Shown in pieces: positions 48,801 to 58,199 of a stretch of DNA of 59,191 nt. A program made the position numbers and the translations under genes. The notes beneath the pieces are model-generated. The model was not told the origin of the DNA, made no database searches, and saw nothing but the letters and a program-made list of their open reading frames with translations. Within the stretch, counting starts at the first letter, position 1. Each line of letters begins with the position of its first letter. This DNA is from a virus. Its lineage: Duplodnaviria > Caudoviricetes. Location of the stretch: IMG/VR virus record IMGVR_UViG_3300034026_000014, positions 1 to 59,191 of that record. The stretch is one strand, 5' to 3'.

Positions 48801-49453
48801 GCACGTCCGGCGACCAGATTTCAAACAGGGACTGGAACACCGACCGCATCCTCGACGCGCTGCGCCAGCTCGACGAGACGATGGAGAGCATGCGGCCGCA
48901 GCAGCAGGGCTTTTTGAGCGGGCTCGCCGGCGCCGCGCTGGGCGGCTTCGTCGGCAGCCTCGGCTCGGGACTGGCGTCGCGGGTCGGCGGCGGCCGCCGT
49001 GAGTCCACGCAGGGTTACGAGGTGGACGAGGACACGGGCACCTACACGCGCCCGCGGCGGGTGAATCCCCCCCCGGGCCACGCCCTGGGCGCGATGGTCT
49101 CGGCGACGGCCGGCGGCAAGCTGATCCGGGTCGCCGAGGGCGGCTACGACGAGCTGGTTTTGACCACGGACCCCCGCCACCGCGCGCGCAGCGAGGCGCT
49201 GCTGGCCTCCTACATGGCGAGGACGGGCATCATCCCGCACTTCGCCGCCGGCGGCTACGCCGGCGCCGGCGCGGGTTACGTCCCGCCTCCGGTACGCGTC
49301 GGTGACTCGCGCCGCCCGGGCGGCGGCGGGCGCGCCCCGGTCTACGTGGACGTCAGACTTAACCGCGACTCGCAGGGCCGAATAAGGTCGAAAGATCAAG
49401 TCCAGGTAGAGATATACCAGGGCTCGGCGGATAGCGCCCGGAGGAACGGGTAA
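45824..49453 (+). CDS. Tape measure protein
   Basis: 1209 aa, Ala/Gly-rich and helical; C-terminal RVAEGG.DELV and HFAAGG motifs. Confidence 0.9.
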   Translation: MALDLFKLYGEVSITGLDSAERGLVRLEGRAKGTAKGLDQAGGSARRLTKDLAAAGAQGSIVGRALEDRLGGVASRVPLIGQPLAEATREMFNLGTASEKHLGGIVRDAERAAQKLALAQAQAAKVRDTLATRRSDFGENLKINYGGKLDPDFLLQFRQAEDAARRLQLLTEKGIDPSFMTRVERSAFQFSKLERDGVKAVTAVEDKVGQAATALAGYEAAAEGAAAGTGALAGASAGVVVGVGLVAAAAIASGALVLKSAKDYSDYAGAIKDVAQESGLAAPTVSTVGAYARLAGTEVGRAASAVEVYFKNISSAAHGNREMSKTFERFGIDAKKALTDPDQAARDLFDHLAKIRNPAERLEVAFGLAGKSGKVLANIAQEMGGSFADAERAAHEWGVVLSDEDVEAADKFGDGLEVLKMRAEGALYRIGKVAIPELQHDIESLSATFISNRGVVEGWGVGVVDVMRGARLAVESDVGAMIAKVLYFSSILGQLGQLKAAAPEWASEGGIALLNPAWALARNLGRAGAADRALDQDLANETARLQSKNSGAVAPPAGIPHVGGGGGGRKGGGGKKSKDLTSLYEALSDAEAGRLMAGLTSDVTKLKAGLDAQQSVLDAGLRAQTVSVRDYWEERERITLAGLDAEITLLRSQKRSAAEGYQEKFAAIGADKKLSAEERTLKQQQESARWAEKNYQLEGQIAEAVERRSAAMKTIPLEAAAAARELEKTMSGVRADFLEAGGDTVGAAYARIADKFREMHEVARANGQLFPDADKWVTALERSEKLAANLARLGERADLGRGHLSLETARIQDRITDGVVSEREGRRQIYELELKYRDLLRGVLAESLAVAKVKGDEKAILSIEEQIRETERLGHVIDSTKAKARGIFEGAFSHGLDELKGGLGHAAATFGIDLVDAVKREMDARLTKVISEALFGKNDEFGSDSGLIGKALEKIGLGGIFGGKGKGKTEDPSAKVSATLEKTAQETQGAFERTSGDQISNRDWNTDRILDALRQLDETMESMRPQQQGFLSGLAGAALGGFVGSLGSGLASRVGGGRRESTQGYEVDEDTGTYTRPRRVNPPPGHALGAMVSATAGGKLIRVAEGGYDELVLTTDPRHRARSEALLASYMARTGIIPHFAAGGYAGAGAGYVPPPVRVGDSRRPGGGGRAPVYVDVRLNRDSQGRIRSKDQVQVEIYQGSADSARRNG

Positions 49454-50145
49454 TGTCCGCGCCCTTCTACGAGATCAGCTTCCCTCACCGCATCTGCCGC
49501 GGCAGCGAGGTGACCATCCGCCACAAGACCGGCGTCATCACGGCGGGCGGCGGCCAGGAGCGGAGGAACAAGAAATGGTCGGGGCCGCTGCGGTGGGCGG
49601 ACGTCACCCGCGGCATCCGCAACAACGAGGACCTGGAGGAGGTGCGCGCCTTCAACCTGGTCGTGGGCGGGATGCACGCCGGGTTCCGCTTCAAAGACTT
49701 CTCCGACTTCAAGGTCGTCGGCCAGCAACTCGACACCTCGGCCGGCGGCTCCGTCTTCCAGCTCCGGAATGGCTACCGGGCCGGAGACGTCACCACGTGG
49801 CGGAAGATCACCAAGCCGGTCAAAGGAACGGCGCGGCTCACGCTCAACGGCGCCCCGCTGATAGTCCTCGAAGACGGACAGGGGCTGGAGGGCTACCTGC
49901 CGCTCTACGGGGAGCTGCTCTACGGCGAGAGCCCGGAGGCGGCGCCGCGCGTCAGGCTCGACACGACGACGGGGCTGGTCACGGTCGAGCAGCCGGCGGA
50001 GCTGACGGGCGCAGACTCACTCGTCGCCTGGTGCGAGTTCGACATGCCGGCGCGCTTCGCCTCCGACGACTTCAAGGTCCGGGCCCACTCGCGCGGTAAG
50101 AACTGGGAGTACCCGACCATCATGGTCAAGGAGCTGAGGCCGTAG
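49453..50145 (+). CDS. Distal tail protein (DUF2460-like)
   Basis: GGQERRN..W, GFRFKDFSD, RKITKPV.GT, EFDMPARF.SD. Confidence 0.85.
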   Translation: MSAPFYEISFPHRICRGSEVTIRHKTGVITAGGGQERRNKKWSGPLRWADVTRGIRNNEDLEEVRAFNLVVGGMHAGFRFKDFSDFKVVGQQLDTSAGGSVFQLRNGYRAGDVTTWRKITKPVKGTARLTLNGAPLIVLEDGQGLEGYLPLYGELLYGESPEAAPRVRLDTTTGLVTVEQPAELTGADSLVAWCEFDMPARFASDDFKVRAHSRGKNWEYPTIMVKELRP

Positions 50146-50146
50146 G

Positions 50147-51046
50147 ATGCCGGTCACGAACCCCACCAGGTCGGTCAGCCCCGAGCTGCTCGCCGCACTC
50201 GCCGCCGAGTCGTCGACGCTGACGGCCTGCATCCTCATCGAGCCGGAGACGGCCGACGCCGTCGGCTTCACCGCGCACGACAAGGACGTCACCTTCGGGG
50301 GGCACACCTACCACACGGACCCGGGGCTCTCGGCGACCGAGCTGGCGGCCGCCATCGAGTACTCCGTCGATAACCTGGAGATCACCGGCGCCCTCAAGGA
50401 GGGCCTCGTGACCCGCGGGGACGTGGACGGCGGAGTCTTCGACGAGGCCCCGTACTCCATCATCGTCTTCGACTACGAGAGCCCGGGCTACGGCTCGATG
50501 ACGGTGCAGCGGGGGACTCTCGGCAACGTGGGGAGGGAAGACGAGCGGTTCACCTTCGAGCTGCGCTCTCAGTCGCAGAAGCTCCAGCAGACGCGCGGCG
50601 AGCTGACACAGCCACTCTGCCGCGCCGACATCTTCGACGGGAGGTGCACGCTCGACCCGGCCGACAACCACCCGACGCTCGGCATCCCGTACCGCTACGC
50701 GGACGTCGAGGTGACGGAGGTTCTCTCGCGCTTCGCGTTCAGGGCCGTCATCTCCGGCGTCCTCATCCCCGCCGGCTACTTCCGGGCCGGCCTGCTCGTC
50801 TGGGGCGCGGGCGCCAACGAGGCCCAGGCGTCGGAGGTGAAGACGCACACGGTCGCCGGAGACGTCCACACCATTACGCTCCAGGAGCCGGCTTACCGCG
50901 CCTTCGAGGAGGGCGACCTGTTCACCGTGCGCAAGGGCTGTCTGAAGACGATGGACGCGTGCGCGGACGTCGGGAACGCGGCCAACAAGAGGTCCGAGGA
51001 TTACCTGCCGGGATTGAACGAGATGATGAGGAGGGCGGGGCAGTAG
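50147..51046 (+). CDS. Baseplate hub (DUF2163/BR0599-like)
   Basis: GFTAHDKD, CRADIFDGRC, GCLKTMDAC Cys cluster. Confidence 0.85.
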   Translation: MPVTNPTRSVSPELLAALAAESSTLTACILIEPETADAVGFTAHDKDVTFGGHTYHTDPGLSATELAAAIEYSVDNLEITGALKEGLVTRGDVDGGVFDEAPYSIIVFDYESPGYGSMTVQRGTLGNVGREDERFTFELRSQSQKLQQTRGELTQPLCRADIFDGRCTLDPADNHPTLGIPYRYADVEVTEVLSRFAFRAVISGVLIPAGYFRAGLLVWGAGANEAQASEVKTHTVAGDVHTITLQEPAYRAFEEGDLFTVRKGCLKTMDACADVGNAANKRSEDYLPGLNEMMRRAGQ

Positions 51047-51093
51047 GGCGCCCGGCCGCGCGGCGGTCCGAACCAGAGTTCTTTTCTCTACCG

Positions 51094-51549
51094 ATGACCG
51101 AAGAGTTCACACCGAGGGAGATCACGGGCGCGGACGTCGTCGCGCAGGCGCTGCTGTGGCGCGGCGTGCCCTACAAGCAGGCCGGCGCGACGCGCGAGGG
51201 CGTCTGCTGCGCGGGGCTGCCGTTCGGCGTCGGCAAGGAGCTCGGGCAGATACCTCCCGGCGCCAGGCTCCCCGCCCACAACCCGCTCAGGCCCAACCCG
51301 CGCGTGCTCGTCGAGACCGTCCGCTCCTTCGGGGTAGAGGTCGCGCTCTCGGAGGCGCGCCCCGGCGACGTCGTCGTGCTCAGCTTCGAGGGGCGCAGGC
51401 TCCCGCGCCACCTCGCCATCCTGACGGACGCGGGGATGATTCAACTGTTCCCGGCCCAGTCCATCAGCCGCGTCTGCGAGCACGGCGTGGACGCGGCGTG
51501 GGCCGCCATGATGCTTACGGCCTACCGTTTCAAGGGGGTGAAAGACTGA
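51094..51549 (+). CDS. NlpC/P60 tail-tip protein
   Basis: W.GVPY..AG...GVCCAGL, PGDVV, RHLAI. Confidence 0.85.
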   Translation: MTEEFTPREITGADVVAQALLWRGVPYKQAGATREGVCCAGLPFGVGKELGQIPPGARLPAHNPLRPNPRVLVETVRSFGVEVALSEARPGDVVVLSFEGRRLPRHLAILTDAGMIQLFPAQSISRVCEHGVDAAWAAMMLTAYRFKGVKD

Positions 51550-53745
51550 ATGCCCCCGGCCATCCTCATCCCCGCAGCCATCAGCGCCGCCTTCTCGGCC
51601 GGCCAGTACGCCATCTCCTACGCGCTCGCCGGGTCGCAGAAGCAGCCGACGCAGGACAACGCGCGGACTGTAGACAACCGGGTGCAGGGGAGCCGCTACG
51701 GGCAGATGATCCAGCGGCTCTACGGGACGGTCGAGACGGCGGGAGTCGTCATCTGGGCGACGGACTTCCGCGACGACCCGACGCTTATCCGCGGCCAGCG
51801 CTCGAAGCGTGGCTCCACGCCCGACCAGCTCCACCACACCTACCGGCGCTCCTTCGGCATCCAGGTCTGCGCCGTGCCCGAGGGCGGCGCGGTCCTCGGA
51901 GTGCGCCGGATCAAGTTCGACGATAAGACCTTCGCCGACGCCGGCCCGGGGCTGCTCGCCACGTCCGGCGCCAATTACGAGATCAAGCTCGGCGCCGAGG
52001 ACCAACTCCCGAACACCTGGTACGAGGCCGACAAGGGCGTCGGGCGCGTCAGCGCCCACCGCGGCTACGTCACCCTCTGGTTCCACGACGTAGACCTCGA
52101 ACCCTTTGGCGACCGCATCCCCAACGTGCGCGCCGAGGTGGTGCAGGCCGTTGACCCTGCGCTCTCCGACGTCGTCGCGGCCGAGTGCCGGGTGGCGAAA
52201 CTCTCCGCCGCGGACATCGACGTTACCGAGTTGGCGGGGCTGGCCGTCTCGGGCTACTTCGTCAACACCCAGGGCCCGGTACGCGCCTCCCTCGAACAGC
52301 TCTCGTCTGCCTTCCTCTTCGACGGACCCGAGTACGACGGGAAGATTCACTTCCGCACGCGCCCGCGCGCGGCCGTCGCCACCGTCGCCTGGGACGAACT
52401 GGGCACGGCCGAGGGAGAGGAGTCGGCCGGCGGTGATGAGCCCGCGCCGCGGCTTTCGGTGAAGAGAATTCAGGGGGCGGAGATCGCCTCGGAAGTCTCC
52501 GTCTCTTACTTCGCGCGCTCGCGCGATTACGAGGAGGGCACGCAGACCTTCCGCCGCCAGAACCTCACCTCCGGCGCGCCCGTGACCGTCACCTACAACC
52601 TCGTCCTCGAAGACTCGGAGGCGCTGCGCCTGGCGAAGATTCGGGCCGTCGTGGGCTGGGCCGAGCGGCTGCCGGGGGAACTCGCCCTCCCGCCCGAGTT
52701 CTTCGCCTACGTCCCAGGCGACGTGCTGCGCGTGCCCCTGGACGAGTCCGGAGAGGAGTTCATCGACTTCCGCATCGAGAAGATGAACTTCTCCACGCCC
52801 GGCGTCGTCCGGGTCGCGGGGCGGCGACAGTTCCAGGAATCTTACGACCAGAACGGCGACGAGGCCGGGCCGGGCGAGGCGCCGCCGGAGCCCGACCCCG
52901 TCACGACCCCCTGCCCGACGCGCCTCTGGGTCAACGACCGGCCGCCCTTCAGGGCCGGCGAGATGGGCCGCCCCGGCCACTACGTCGCGGCCTCGCCCGA
53001 GGAGGGCTGCGACCCGACCGCCGGCGGCTCCTGGTCCGGCACGGGCGTCGTGCGCGACGTGGACGGCGCCGGCGACATGCGCCACCACGCTGTCATCACC
53101 GAGGCGGCGACGATGGGCTACGCGCTCACCGCGCTCGCCGGCGGCGCGGGCCTCGACACCACGCACCACGTGGACGTGCACCTGACCTCGGGCCAGGCCG
53201 CCTCGATCACGGACGACGCCTTCGAGGCCGACCGGACGTTGATGCTGTGGGCCATCGGCGGCGAGACCTGCCAGGTGCGCGACGTCGAGGACCTGGGCGG
53301 CGGCGACTACCGCCTCTCGCACATCCGGCGCGAGCTGTTCGACACGGACTCGGCCGGCCACGTCATAGGCGAGGACGTCGTGCTCTTAGACGCCAGGGTC
53401 GTCCGCGTCGAGCACAACCTGGAGGAGGTCGGCCAGAGCTTCGACCTCTACCCGGTCACCTTCGGCGACACGGTCGATAACACGACGCCGACGAACTTCA
53501 CCTACGGGGCGCGCGGCGTCGAGCCCGGCGGCGACGTGCCGGGCGAGGTGCAGAACGACGCGGTCGTCGCCTTGAACGGCACGAACGTCCTCCAGTGGGA
53601 GCCGCCGCTGGAGAACACGAACACGCTCTCGGGCTACCGCGTCACGGTCTTCTCCGACCCGGGGATGACGACGCCCGTGGCCGGCTTCGAGGACGTCCTG
53701 GTCTCAGGCAACCAGTGCCTGCTGCCCGGCGTGGAGGCCCTCTGA
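51550..53745 (+). CDS. Tail tip / central fibre protein (GTA-like host-specificity protein)
   Basis: YGQMIQRLYGT...VIWA, AHRG, FGDRIPN, RRELFDT; ends in a partial FN3 domain. Confidence 0.85.
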   Translation: MPPAILIPAAISAAFSAGQYAISYALAGSQKQPTQDNARTVDNRVQGSRYGQMIQRLYGTVETAGVVIWATDFRDDPTLIRGQRSKRGSTPDQLHHTYRRSFGIQVCAVPEGGAVLGVRRIKFDDKTFADAGPGLLATSGANYEIKLGAEDQLPNTWYEADKGVGRVSAHRGYVTLWFHDVDLEPFGDRIPNVRAEVVQAVDPALSDVVAAECRVAKLSAADIDVTELAGLAVSGYFVNTQGPVRASLEQLSSAFLFDGPEYDGKIHFRTRPRAAVATVAWDELGTAEGEESAGGDEPAPRLSVKRIQGAEIASEVSVSYFARSRDYEEGTQTFRRQNLTSGAPVTVTYNLVLEDSEALRLAKIRAVVGWAERLPGELALPPEFFAYVPGDVLRVPLDESGEEFIDFRIEKMNFSTPGVVRVAGRRQFQESYDQNGDEAGPGEAPPEPDPVTTPCPTRLWVNDRPPFRAGEMGRPGHYVAASPEEGCDPTAGGSWSGTGVVRDVDGAGDMRHHAVITEAATMGYALTALAGGAGLDTTHHVDVHLTSGQAASITDDAFEADRTLMLWAIGGETCQVRDVEDLGGGDYRLSHIRRELFDTDSAGHVIGEDVVLLDARVVRVEHNLEEVGQSFDLYPVTFGDTVDNTTPTNFTYGARGVEPGGDVPGEVQNDAVVALNGTNVLQWEPPLENTNTLSGYRVTVFSDPGMTTPVAGFEDVLVSGNQCLLPGVEAL

Positions 53746-53746
53746 A

Positions 53747-54226
53747 GTGCCGACGTTCTACTACAGGATCGTGGCGGTCAACGAGCTCGGCGAGTCGGTC
53801 GAGAGGACGGGGTCGTACGACCCCGAGGCCCCGACGAGCGGCAGCTTCACCGAGTCGGGCGGGGCGACGCTCACCTACGGCAGCATCCCGGACGGCTCCA
53901 CGCTCAGGCGCAGCGGCACGGCCGTCGTGGGCTACACGCCGGGCGCGGTCGCGCGCACGGTCACCCACGTCAGCGCCGGCGCGACGCTGCTCTCCTCGGC
54001 GCAGGTAGTCCTCGTGGACACGACGGCGGGGGACGTGACGCTGACGCTGCCCTCGGCGGCCTCCGCGGCCGAGATCACGGTCAAGAACTACGCGGGCGCG
54101 CACAAGGTCATCCTCGACGGCAACGGCGCGCAGACAGTAGACGGCTCCGCGACGGTCGAGCTGGCCGCCGGCGACAAGGCGACCTGCCTGGCCGACACGG
54201 TCAATTCCAACTGGCAGACGGTGTGA
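53747..54226 (+). CDS. Short tail fibre-like protein
   Basis: N-terminal [13 protein letters not shown] (FN3 end); [14 protein letters not shown]...QTVDG...W beta domain. Confidence 0.7.
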   Translation: MPTFYYRIVAVNELGESVERTGSYDPEAPTSGSFTESGGATLTYGSIPDGSTLRRSGTAVVGYTPGAVARTVTHVSAGATLLSSAQVVLVDTTAGDVTLTLPSAASAAEITVKNYAGAHKVILDGNGAQTVDGSATVELAAGDKATCLADTVNSNWQTV

Positions 54227-54228
54227 GC

Positions 54229-55545
54229 ATGAGAAGATTTTTACTTTTACCACTACTTTTACTTATGGCTTCGGCGCAGGCGGAGGCGCAGAACCCCTCC
54301 GCGGCTAAGCGCATCGCGTACAACACGACGCTGCCGGCGACCTGCGACCCGTCCACGGGTGACGTCTACATCAAGATCGGGGTTACGCCGACGGAGGAGT
54401 ACCTGTGCACGGCCACTAATACGTGGACGAAGCTCACGACGAAGACGGAGTTGGACGCGCACACCGGCAACACGTCGAACCCGCACTCGGTGACGAAGGC
54501 GCAGGTGGGCTTAGGCTCCGTCACGAACGACGCGCAGCTCAAGATCGCCTCGAACCTCTCCGACCTGAGCAGCGCGGCGACGGCGCGCAACAACCTCGGT
54601 TTGGGGACGGCGGCCGTGAAGAACGCTGCGGCCGCCGGCGTCGCCGGGGGCGTGCTCAATTCAGACGACCCGACGACGACGAACTCGCGCGCGCCGACCG
54701 CGCACGCCTCGACGCACGCCTCGGCCGGCTCCGACGCCGTCACGATCTCCGAGTCTCAGGTGACGAACCTGACGACGGACCTGGCCGGCAAGCAGCCGGT
54801 TGACCCGACGCTGACCGCGCTCGCCGCCCATAACGCGAACGGGCTACTGACGCAGACGGCCGCCGACACGTTCGCCGCGCGCAGCGTCGCCGCCGGCACC
54901 GGCATCAGTGTTGCGAACGGCGACGGCGTCGGCGGCAACCCGACGGTGACGAACACGGGCGTCACCTCGATCACGGGTACGGCCAACCAGGTCACCGCCT
55001 CGGCCTCGACCGGGGCGGTCACGCTCTCCCTCCCTCAGTCCATCGCCACCTCGAGCAGCCCCACGTTCGGCGGCCTCTCCGTCAGCGCCGCGACGCCCAC
55101 CTTCAACTTCATCACGACGGGCACCACGGGGCGGGGCCGGCTCTTCAGCGTCGCCGGCAACTGGTTCGGCATGTCGGCCAACGCGACGTTCAACGGCACG
55201 AACTGGGTCGCCGACGACGCCGCGGTCCCGAGCTGGGTCTTCAAGCTCGACGCGCGCAACAACACTGCCTTCGACCGCTTCGAGGTCGGCCGCATCGCCG
55301 CCGGCGGCACGCCCGCGGCGGGCTACACCTCCCACCTCGCCGTGACGGGCGCGGGCAGCGTCGTGCTGACGTCGGGCTCCGTCTCGACCGGGGCGACCGA
55401 CGGCTTCGTCTACATCCCCACCGTGCCGGGGCTGCCCACGGGGACGCCTACGAGTCAGACCGGGCGCGTGCCCCTCGTCTACGACACGACCAACTTAAAG
55501 CTGTGCATCTACGCGGGCGGCGGCTGGCGCTGCGTCGCGTTCTGA
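54229..55545 (+). CDS. Tail-fibre-like protein with a Sec signal peptide
   Basis: [21 protein letters not shown]; fibre motifs [18 protein letters not shown]...[13 protein letters not shown]. Confidence 0.75.
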   Translation: MRRFLLLPLLLLMASAQAEAQNPSAAKRIAYNTTLPATCDPSTGDVYIKIGVTPTEEYLCTATNTWTKLTTKTELDAHTGNTSNPHSVTKAQVGLGSVTNDAQLKIASNLSDLSSAATARNNLGLGTAAVKNAAAAGVAGGVLNSDDPTTTNSRAPTAHASTHASAGSDAVTISESQVTNLTTDLAGKQPVDPTLTALAAHNANGLLTQTAADTFAARSVAAGTGISVANGDGVGGNPTVTNTGVTSITGTANQVTASASTGAVTLSLPQSIATSSSPTFGGLSVSAATPTFNFITTGTTGRGRLFSVAGNWFGMSANATFNGTNWVADDAAVPSWVFKLDARNNTAFDRFEVGRIAAGGTPAAGYTSHLAVTGAGSVVLTSGSVSTGATDGFVYIPTVPGLPTGTPTSQTGRVPLVYDTTNLKLCIYAGGGWRCVAF

Positions 55546-55570
55546 ACTTCAGCCACGAGGATAAGAGACC

Positions 55571-58048
55571 ATGTGTAAATTAATCACCCGCCTCCTTTTG
55601 CTTCTGGTCCTGGCCGCCGCGGCCGCCCCCCGGGCCGCCGCGCAGGACACGCCCGGGACGGTCAAGTTCCCCCCGGCACTCGACACCGCGGACTCCCTCT
55701 TCCGCGCAGCCGACGGGGCCTCCTCGACCCTCTCCGCCCCCATCGGCAACTCCGACACCTCGATGACTCTAGCGAGCGGGGCCAAGTTCCCGACGTCCGG
55801 CGCCGTCGTCGTCGGCACGGAGATCATCTACTACACGGGCAAGTCCACGAACACGCTGACGGGGCTGCTGCGCGGGCGCGAGGGCACGGCCGCCGCCTCC
55901 CACCTCGCCGCCGCGGCGGTCAGGCTCCCCATCCTCTCGTCGCACCACAACACGGTCGTCCAGTCCGTGATCGCCACACAGGCGAAGCTCGGCTACGGGG
56001 CCTCGACGCCTTCCCTGGGGACGGTCCTGCGCGGTGTGGGCGCGGGCCAGAGCTTGTGGGGCACGCTCACGGCCTCAGAAATCCCTAACCTCGACGCGTC
56101 GAAGATCACGACCGGCGCGCTGGGGAGCGCGCAGATACCCTCGCTCGACGCCGCGAAGATCACGACCGGCACCTTCACCAACGCGCGCACGACCGCGACC
56201 ACGTCGGCCACGGCCGCCACCATCGTCGAGCGCGACTCCGGCGGCGCCGTCAACGCGACGGCCTTAAAGGTCAACGGCACGCAGGTCGTCGGCGCCCAGG
56301 GTTACAAGATTGCCGACCCGGAGGCGACGGTCGAGTCGAACACGGAGGCGATCAAGGAGCTGCTTACGCTCCTGCGGAACTGGGGCGCGGTTGGGACGCT
56401 CTCACGCTCGACGCTCAACGACTCCTTGATCTCCCTCTGGATGATGAACAACGTCAACGACTCGCACGGGTCGAATCATCTGACGAATAACGGCGCGGTC
56501 ACCTTCGACTCGGCCGGGGCCAACTTCAGCGGGTTGAATCACCTCTCCGTCGCGAACAACTCGACCCTCGATCCGACGACCTACCAGAGCTTCACCTACG
56601 CCGCGCGCTTCCGGCTCAACAGCAAGGCGACGACGCAGTCGATCCTGTCGAAGACCGACGGGGCGAGCGCCAACGAGTACGCGCTCAACTACGTCTCGGC
56701 CGCGGACGGGTTCGACAGGTTCAGGTGGAATGTCTATCCCGGAGGGAACACGCAGGTCGGCGTCACGGCCTCCTCGGCCGGCGCCCCCTCGGCCGGCGTG
56801 GACTACCTGGTCGTCGCTTGGTACGACGCTCAGACCGTGCAAGCCTGCATCCAGGTCAACGGCGGGACGGCGGACTGCACCTCCGTCGCACTCATTCCCC
56901 ACCCCTACACCTCGACGCTCGCCATCGGCGCCACCCTCGCGCCGGGGGCGGCCCTGCGCCTGAACGGCTCCGTCAGGTTCGTGGGCTTCTGGGGGAAGGC
57001 GCTCACCTCCGAGGAGCGGGCCGAGCTTTACGAGAATCAGGCGGTGCTCTCCTACCCCCTGAAGGACGAGACGACGGCCCGCCTGGAGCACGTCATCCAG
57101 CCCTACAGCCTTTTCGACTCTCGCGCGCCCGCGCACGCCAGCGCGCAGCCCGGCGGGTTCACCTACGCCCTGCCCTACAGCCGGGCGATCTTCACCACGG
57201 CGGCGACCTCGATGGACGTCCAGGTCTACACCTCCAACAACGAGGCGCTGGCGCGGGGGCGCTCGTTCAACGTCCGCGTCAACGGGGCGGACTACGCCCT
57301 GGTCGAAGCGCCGCAGAGCAGCAGCGCCGTCGCCACCCTCACGGTCGCGCTGCCCGCGGGTCAGAAGACGGTGGAGGTGTGGTCGGGGACTCAATTCCTG
57401 CAAGTGACCACGCTCGTCGGGACGTGGCTCCGCAAGGTGACCTTCAACGCCCCGGCGCAGATCAAGGCGGTGAGTAACAGGCAGCCGCATCTCGTCGCGT
57501 ACGGCGACTCGATCACGGTGGGCGACACGCGGGAGGGGTGGACGATGCTGCTGCGTGACGTCTACCCCGGCTCGGTGGCGCTGGAGGCATGGGGCGGGCG
57601 CTCGCTGGTGCAGGACGCGCCGAACGCGCCGGCCCGGGCCACGCTTGTCAACCAGATAGCGACGCAGAGCCCGGACGTGATCTGGCTCGGCATCGGGACG
57701 AATGACTACGGCGGCGTTGGTTTTGGGGAGCAAAGTGCGGCCAGCTTCGGCACGGCCTACGCCGCGCTCCTCGACGAGTTGCACGTCGCGCGCCCGACCG
57801 CCGCGATCTACGCGCAGTCGATGACGCCGCGGGCGAACGAGGCGGCGAACAACTACGGCAACACCCTGCCGCAGTATCGCTCACAGGTTCAAACGGCGTG
57901 CGCCGCCCGCCCGTGGTGTAATTTTGTGGATGGCACCGCGATACCAGGATGGAGCAACGCCACCGACCTCACGTTTGACGGGGTGCATCTGAGCACGGCC
58001 GGGAACCAGAAAGCCTTCAACTACTTCAGGACCTTCTTGGGGCTGTGA
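55571..58048 (+). CDS. Fibre/spike protein: signal peptide, fibre repeats, LamG-like domain, SGNH esterase
   Basis: Signal peptide to AAA-Q; RGREGT motif; IP.LDA.KITTG repeats; GDSIT, GTND and DGVH SGNH blocks. Confidence 0.8.
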   Translation: MCKLITRLLLLLVLAAAAAPRAAAQDTPGTVKFPPALDTADSLFRAADGASSTLSAPIGNSDTSMTLASGAKFPTSGAVVVGTEIIYYTGKSTNTLTGLLRGREGTAAASHLAAAAVRLPILSSHHNTVVQSVIATQAKLGYGASTPSLGTVLRGVGAGQSLWGTLTASEIPNLDASKITTGALGSAQIPSLDAAKITTGTFTNARTTATTSATAATIVERDSGGAVNATALKVNGTQVVGAQGYKIADPEATVESNTEAIKELLTLLRNWGAVGTLSRSTLNDSLISLWMMNNVNDSHGSNHLTNNGAVTFDSAGANFSGLNHLSVANNSTLDPTTYQSFTYAARFRLNSKATTQSILSKTDGASANEYALNYVSAADGFDRFRWNVYPGGNTQVGVTASSAGAPSAGVDYLVVAWYDAQTVQACIQVNGGTADCTSVALIPHPYTSTLAIGATLAPGAALRLNGSVRFVGFWGKALTSEERAELYENQAVLSYPLKDETTARLEHVIQPYSLFDSRAPAHASAQPGGFTYALPYSRAIFTTAATSMDVQVYTSNNEALARGRSFNVRVNGADYALVEAPQSSSAVATLTVALPAGQKTVEVWSGTQFLQVTTLVGTWLRKVTFNAPAQIKAVSNRQPHLVAYGDSITVGDTREGWTMLLRDVYPGSVALEAWGGRSLVQDAPNAPARATLVNQIATQSPDVIWLGIGTNDYGGVGFGEQSAASFGTAYAALLDELHVARPTAAIYAQSMTPRANEAANNYGNTLPQYRSQVQTACAARPWCNFVDGTAIPGWSNATDLTFDGVHLSTAGNQKAFNYFRTFLGL

Positions 58049-58079
58049 TGGGGGATTGACCTCACACATTGCTCAGGAT

Positions 58080-58119
58080 AGAGAGGGAGGGAGCCGCGGG
58101 GCTCCCTCCCTCTCTGTTT
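58080..58119 (+). terminator. Intrinsic terminator closing the late operon
   Basis: 16-bp stem AGAGAGGGAGGGAGCC/GGCTCCCTCCCTCTCT followed by GTTT. Confidence 0.7.
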
Positions 58120-58199
58120 AGCGGCTTTGAGTTTTGACTCTGTCAATATGAAATTCTGGCCGTTATCGTGAATCAAGCCTCGCGATTATCGTTTTTGCG

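Noticed and set aside
49453-53745. Gene transfer agent
   Set aside because: The tail tip is GTA-like, but repressor, replication and recombinase modules indicate a genuine temperate phage
33248-57784. Long minus-strand ORFs (e.g. 35025-36929, 39181-40929, 51088-53361)
   Set aside because: Antisense shadows of high-GC structural genes; no motifs or RBS
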